A stretch of 63,880 bases of DNA, the filler included, from an uncultured bacterium (GTDB lineage: Bacteria; Auribacterota; CAZIXI01): NCBI GenBank assembly GCA_964543115.1. It is 7 parts of 7 records of this genome, joined end to end, with 100 filler letters (N's around TTAATTAATTAA, not from the genome) between each part and the next. Parts side by side here need not be neighbours in the genome. Positions count along the whole stretch, not along the records: positions 56,897 to 63,880 come from CAZIXI010000181.1; 6 more parts are not named here. One strand, 5' to 3'. Shown here one piece after another: positions 60,153 through 63,880 of this stretch. How positions within the stretch are numbered: position 1 is the first letter of the stretch; the number at the start of each line of letters is the position of its first letter. Below the pieces are notes generated by a model that searched no databases, had not been told where the DNA came from, and saw only the letters and a program-made list of their open reading frames with translations. The translations under genes were made by a program, and so were the position numbers.

Positions 60153-60199
60153 TTATCGAAGATTGTTCCAGTGCGTAAAAAGCGGTCTAGGCAATATCT

Positions 60200-60250
60200 A
60201 AAAAAACAGGGCCGGGGGCCGGAATCGAAGTCTATCTAATCCCGGCCCCA
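60200..60250 (-). terminator. Probable intrinsic terminator downstream of ssb
   Basis: GGGGCCGG / CCGGCCCC stem followed by a T7 tract on the minus strand. Confidence 0.5.
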
Positions 60251-60270
60251 CGGGGTATGGTGCTTGGTTA

Positions 60271-60636
60271 TTATTCGAAGGAATTATTGTCTTCTTCTTC
60301 CTTTTTCTTAAAATCCAGGAATTGGACTGTTGAAGCAATAACTTCGGTGGTCTTTTTTGGGTTGCCTGTTTTATCATTCCATTCCCGGGTGTTTAAGCGG
60401 CCTTCGGTAAATACCAGCCTGCCTTTGGCCAGATATTGTTGGCATATCTCGGCATGCTTTCCCCAGACCACAATCCGGTGCCATTCTGTTTGTTCTTCCG
60501 GCAGATCGCCGTCCCGCTTGAATGTATGATTAGTAGCCAGGGAAAAATTGGCCACGGGGGTGCCTTTTTGGGTATAGCGCAGTTCCGGATCCCGGCCCAA
60601 ACGGCCGATCAGCATTACTCTATTCATTGTTTTCAT
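60271..60636 (-). CDS. ssb: Single-stranded DNA-binding protein, short form (121 aa)
   Basis: NRVMLIGRLGRDPELR, FSLAT, TEWHRIVVW and EGRLNTREW motifs; short acidic tail. Confidence 0.95.
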   Translation of the reverse strand: MKTMNRVMLIGRLGRDPELRYTQKGTPVANFSLATNHTFKRDGDLPEEQTEWHRIVVWGKHAEICQQYLAKGRLVFTEGRLNTREWNDKTGNPKKTTEVIASTVQFLDFKKKEEEDNNSFE

Positions 60637-60748
60637 TGGCTTACTCCTCCGTTAGTTTTTCAATAAAATATCGTGTCATATTTATTCTGTTAGAATTACC
60701 TATTTATGGCCCTCTCATCGCAATCACCTCCGCTGGACGTATAATACA

Positions 60749-60766
60749 TACATTGAACAAAATGTA
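60749..60766. promoter_or_regulatory. Palindromic operator TACATT-N6-AATGTA upstream of ssb
   Basis: TACATT-GAACAA-AATGTA; the same arms occur at 61366-61383. Confidence 0.65.
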
Positions 60767-60783
60767 CATAAAGCTAAAAAAAA

Positions 60784-61341
60784 CTAAATAATGCACTCGT
60801 ATAGGTATTCCTGTCCGCCGCCGCTGGCGCCTTTTTTATCTGCCTGGTAGATTAATCCTAACCGGGCCAGCTTGGCCAGGCGGTTGCTGCTGGTATTAAT
60901 CGGAATATTCAGGGTATCGGCAAGATCTCTGGCGGTTAGGTTACCCTTATGTTTGACTAATTGCCAGGTTTCCTTTAATTGCGGATGGAGAGGGCCCAGT
61001 GGTTCAGTTTCCTTTTCGCTATTACTGATCAGGATAACTTGTTTATTTAAATTGAGCGCGGCAGAGATATTTTCTCTGGCCAGAGGAGAAACATTAGTTA
61101 ACAAGACGTATACGTTATTCAGTTCTTTGCCCATTATCCGGTTGAGCAGTTTTCTCAGGAATTCATCGGCGGCGGAAAAATCCATAAATTTAACATTCTT
61201 ACAATCGATGGCAATAACTGTTTGCGGTTGGGCCTTTTGGAGATGAGACAGGCAATCGTTGAGTACATTGCTGCCCACCTCCCGCCCGACAAAGAGGGAA
61301 TGTTCCTTACCGATTACATAACTAATTCCGCTTTTCAACAT
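60784..61341 (-). CDS. STAS-like domain + winged-helix DNA-binding protein
   Basis: N-terminal IDCKNVKFMDFSAADEF (STAS / DUF4325-like); C-terminal LTARDLADTLNIPINTSSNRLAKLARLGLI wHTH. Confidence 0.82.
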   Translation of the reverse strand: MLKSGISYVIGKEHSLFVGREVGSNVLNDCLSHLQKAQPQTVIAIDCKNVKFMDFSAADEFLRKLLNRIMGKELNNVYVLLTNVSPLARENISAALNLNKQVILISNSEKETEPLGPLHPQLKETWQLVKHKGNLTARDLADTLNIPINTSSNRLAKLARLGLIYQADKKGASGGGQEYLYECII

Positions 61342-61365
61342 TAATGTGCCTCATTAATATAAATG

Positions 61366-61383
61366 TACATTATACTCAATGTA
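61366..61383. promoter_or_regulatory. Palindromic operator TACATT-N6-AATGTA upstream of the STAS-wHTH gene
   Basis: TACATT-ATACTC-AATGTA, immediately downstream of a sigma70-like -10 box. Confidence 0.65.
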
Positions 61384-61385
61384 TA

Positions 61386-61414
61386 AATATATCAATTAAT
61401 GGATTTGGTGTCAA
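61386..61414 (-). promoter_or_regulatory. Sigma70-type promoter for the STAS-wHTH gene
   Basis: TTGACA-17 bp-TATATT on the minus strand. Confidence 0.6.
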
Positions 61415-61478
61415 GCTGAAGTTTATTAGGGGAGCGGCTATTTTTGCCGGTGGAGTGGAGATGCGGGAACCGTTAACT

Positions 61479-61580
61479 CTAAGCTGTAAGAGCCATAACC
61501 ATTAGCAGGCAAAACAGAACAAACCAGCAAACCAAGCCGATATGAATAATTGCCGTACCGAGTTTATAAAGTATATTCAT
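61479..61580 (-). CDS. 33-aa hydrophobic small protein (not in ORF track)
   Basis: SD AAGGAGGT; MNILYKLGTAIIHIGLVCWFVLFCLLMVMALTA. Confidence 0.6.
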   Translation of the reverse strand: MNILYKLGTAIIHIGLVCWFVLFCLLMVMALTA

Positions 61581-61784
61581 GGATTACCTCCTTCATTATA
61601 TAAAGCAATTATCATTCCAGTTGGCTGAATATTCGTAAGGCATTATAGTACAAAGTCTTATATGGCTGGAGACGCAAATACTTAAGGTCAGTAACTACTC
61701 CAAAATGAATCAACTGTTGGAAAATGGGACAGCTAACACGCAATCAGCCATCTTGACAAAACAGCTTTTACAAAAATACTGTCC

Positions 61785-62672
61785 CTAACTAATTGCGGGG
61801 AGTTTGAGGTAGATTTGGGTGCCGGGGAAGAATGAGGAGGAAAATGCCTGTGTTTTTTGTGAGGCTATTCTGACTGTGCCCGATCCGGAACGGATCAGTT
61901 GGGTTCCCTGGTATTTATTGATAATGTCTTTTACCAGATATAAACCTTTTCCCCGTTCCCGCAGGCGTGAAATGCCCAGTTCCATGGATTTTTTGATTGC
62001 CTGCCGGTGGCCCCAGCAATGAACACTATAGCGCTGGGCCAGGCTTCTTTTAATCCCTATTCCCAGGTCGCATACCCCAATTACTACATAATTTCTGTCT
62101 GCGTGATATTTTTGTACGGCTACCAGTCCTTGGTCCTGACTGTGATCCTTTATATTCTGACAGGTCTCAGCCAGCGCTGTACAAAAAGCGGCAATATCGG
62201 TGTTTAGGTAGCCCAGATTGCGGGTGAGGATATGAGCTATCTTTGTTATAGCGTGGTTCACCACTTTGTGAATGTCCTGTTCGTTTTGAATAGGTGTAAG
62301 TTCCAGGAGAACATCTGATTCCTTTTTGCGGGCGGGAATGTGTTTTGAGCGGCGGAAAGAGGTATCTTCGATATTAACTTTTTTGGGTAGGTGGAAAAAG
62401 AAGTTCATGCGTTTTAAATAACTGGTTGCTTTTTGGCTGCGGGGCGGAGCAAGCTGGATCTCGGAGAAGTATTTATTCAGCCAACGGATAACCAAAAGAA
62501 GGTTAATGATAGAATAGGGGTCGAGGAAATGCGCCTGGCTGATATCCAGACGGATGGAGCGGCGGTTGGTTCCAGAGGAGCCGGCTTGGGCCAGAGCCAG
62601 ATTTACCTGCTGAAATATGTGTTCAAAGGTAAAGGTGTTTATATTTGTGCTGTCGACTTTTATCTGCAGCAA
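61785..62672 (-). CDS. STAS-like + GHKL/HATPase (anti-sigma kinase-like) protein
   Basis: LDISQAHFLDPYS STAS-like N-terminus, N-box AETCQNIKDHS, G1 VCDLGIGI and G2 RGKGLYLV. Confidence 0.82.
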   Translation of the reverse strand: MLQIKVDSTNINTFTFEHIFQQVNLALAQAGSSGTNRRSIRLDISQAHFLDPYSIINLLLVIRWLNKYFSEIQLAPPRSQKATSYLKRMNFFFHLPKKVNIEDTSFRRSKHIPARKKESDVLLELTPIQNEQDIHKVVNHAITKIAHILTRNLGYLNTDIAAFCTALAETCQNIKDHSQDQGLVAVQKYHADRNYVVIGVCDLGIGIKRSLAQRYSVHCWGHRQAIKKSMELGISRLRERGKGLYLVKDIINKYQGTQLIRSGSGTVRIASQKTQAFSSSFFPGTQIYLKLPAIS

Positions 62673-62843
62673 GAAAACCTGCCTTGATTTGAAGCACTTT
62701 TTATGCTACCGTAGGTGAACATTAGTATAAGGCAAAAACGATTTACTTAAAAGCATTTTTCCCGAGGGAAAAAGAAGAATAAATAAATGTGGGATAAAGG
62801 TGCACTGATTTATAAAGTTGTTGCTGGTGTAATTAACAATTAA

Positions 62844-62917
62844 GCGTCCGTAGCTCAGTTGGATAGAGCGTCGGGCTTCGAACCCGCAGGTCGTCCGTTC
62901 GAGTCGGACCGGACGCG
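62844..62917 (+). tRNA. tRNA-Arg(TCG)
   Basis: Acceptor GCGTCCG/CGGACGC, anticodon loop CT-TCG-AA, GTTCGAG T-loop; no encoded CCA. Confidence 0.95.
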
Positions 62918-62975
62918 CCCCCTTGGATGTTGCGAGAGAGATAGATGGCAGCCAACGGGGCGCGTTCTTTATTTT
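62912..62975 (+). terminator. Terminator hairpin overlapping the tRNA-Arg 3' end
   Basis: GACGCGCCCC / GGGGCGCGTT arms followed by a T-rich tract. Confidence 0.5.
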
Positions 62976-63056
62976 TTATTATTTAGTATTTGACAAATTA
63001 TTAATTAAATAATAATATCTTATTTCTTTAAAATAATAGTTATTATCTGTAATAGA

Positions 63057-63129
<73 letters not shown>

Positions 63130-63291
63130 GAAAGTGAATTTAGGTTCAACAAGATAAAGGTTGTTCTTTTTTAATATATGTTTATTATGTGAAGGAGGCG
63201 AACCTTCAAAAGGGGATTCTAAAGGGGAAAAAGTATTTTTTCTCTTTAGCGTGGTAAGCTTGCTAGAGAGAAAAAGGGGAGGGAGCAGCAA

Positions 63292-63880
63292 GTGAAAAAG
63301 GCAGAAAATATTTGGTTTCCTGAATTTGCATATGCAGTAGGACTTTTAACAGCTGATGGTAACTTATCAAAGGATGGTAGACATATTGAATTCTGTTCTA
63401 AAGATAAAGAATTAGTTTTGAATTTAAAAAAATGTTTAGGAGTAAAGAATAAAATTGGGTTAAAACGTAGAGGAACATATCCATATAAAGAATATTTTAG
63501 AGTACAAATTGGTAATGTAAAGCTGTATAGGTTTTTGGAATCAATAGGATTGTCTGTTTCTAAGAGTTTAAAGTTGAGGTCGCTTTTAATCCCGAATTAC
63601 GTTTTTTGTTATTTTTTAAGAGGGTTATTCGAAGGGGATGGTTCGATAGGGACGTTTAATCACCCAGAGAGTCAATATCAACAGCTAAGGATTAGGTTCT
63701 TTTCAGGAAGTGAGGCTTTTCTTGTGTGGCTGAAAGATGTTATTGGAAAAGAATTGGGCACTAAGGGAATAATAAGAAATGTAGTTAGAGCAAAAGAATT
63801 ATGTTTTTATATGCGAGACGCAAAGAAAATAATCAAATATGTTTATGATAAGAATGATGGTATAATTCTGCAGAGAAAAT
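63292..63880 (+). CDS. Double-motif LAGLIDADG homing endonuclease-like protein, 3' truncated (not in ORF track)
   Basis: GTG start after SD GGGAGG. Motifs YAVGLLTADGN and FLRGLFEGDGS; the frame is open to the window end. Confidence 0.88.
   Translation, partial: MKKAENIWFPEFAYAVGLLTADGNLSKDGRHIEFCSKDKELVLNLKKCLGVKNKIGLKRRGTYPYKEYFRVQIGNVKLYRFLESIGLSVSKSLKLRSLLIPNYVFCYFLRGLFEGDGSIGTFNHPESQYQQLRIRFFSGSEAFLVWLKDVIGKELGTKGIIRNVVRAKELCFYMRDAKKIIKYVYDKNDGIILQRK

Noticed and set aside
63130..63291. Group I intron core or split tRNA upstream of the LAGLIDADG gene
   Set aside because: Only isolated hairpins were found; I could not identify P4/P7 consensus elements or a 5' exon.

Overview
This 63.9 kb window is not one contiguous locus. 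It is seven contigs of about 9-10 kb, in descending size order, joined by artificial 100-bp N44-TTAATTAATTAA-N44 linkers, so gene neighbourhood is meaningful only within a contig. A PVC-superphylum small basic protein gene (26065-26220) plus giant-protein fragments point to a PVC bacterium, most plausibly Omnitrophota or a relative (inference). Contig 1: tRNA-Leu/Gly, tig, clpP, class V aminotransferase, serA, purA, uppS, cdsA, dxr, rseP. Contig 2: a single open frame of at least 3242 aa containing a near-complete SecA-like translocase module, a membrane segment, a kinase-like domain and zincin-like motifs. Contig 3: large-protein fragment, envelope genes, sbp, rnfCD. Contig 4: OprD-like porin, dual-sensor PP2C phosphatase, tail-fibre-like secreted protein and two DUF5719-like repeat proteins. 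Contig 5: typA, ABC-F and an RNA-modification-type operon. Contig 6: heptose/glycosylation cluster and an Ig/cadherin-like adhesin. Contig 7: EarP-like fragment, EF-hand protein, a STAS-HATPase / STAS-wHTH / ssb module with two identical-core palindromic operators, tRNA-Arg, tRNA-Lys and a LAGLIDADG endonuclease. Several families of small palindromic repeats occur, including a nested MITE. The best candidates for undescribed systems are the SecA-containing giant protein, the STAS/HATPase/wHTH-SSB regulon and the fibre plus partner-protein locus. All domain calls come from motif recognition by eye; no database searches were run.
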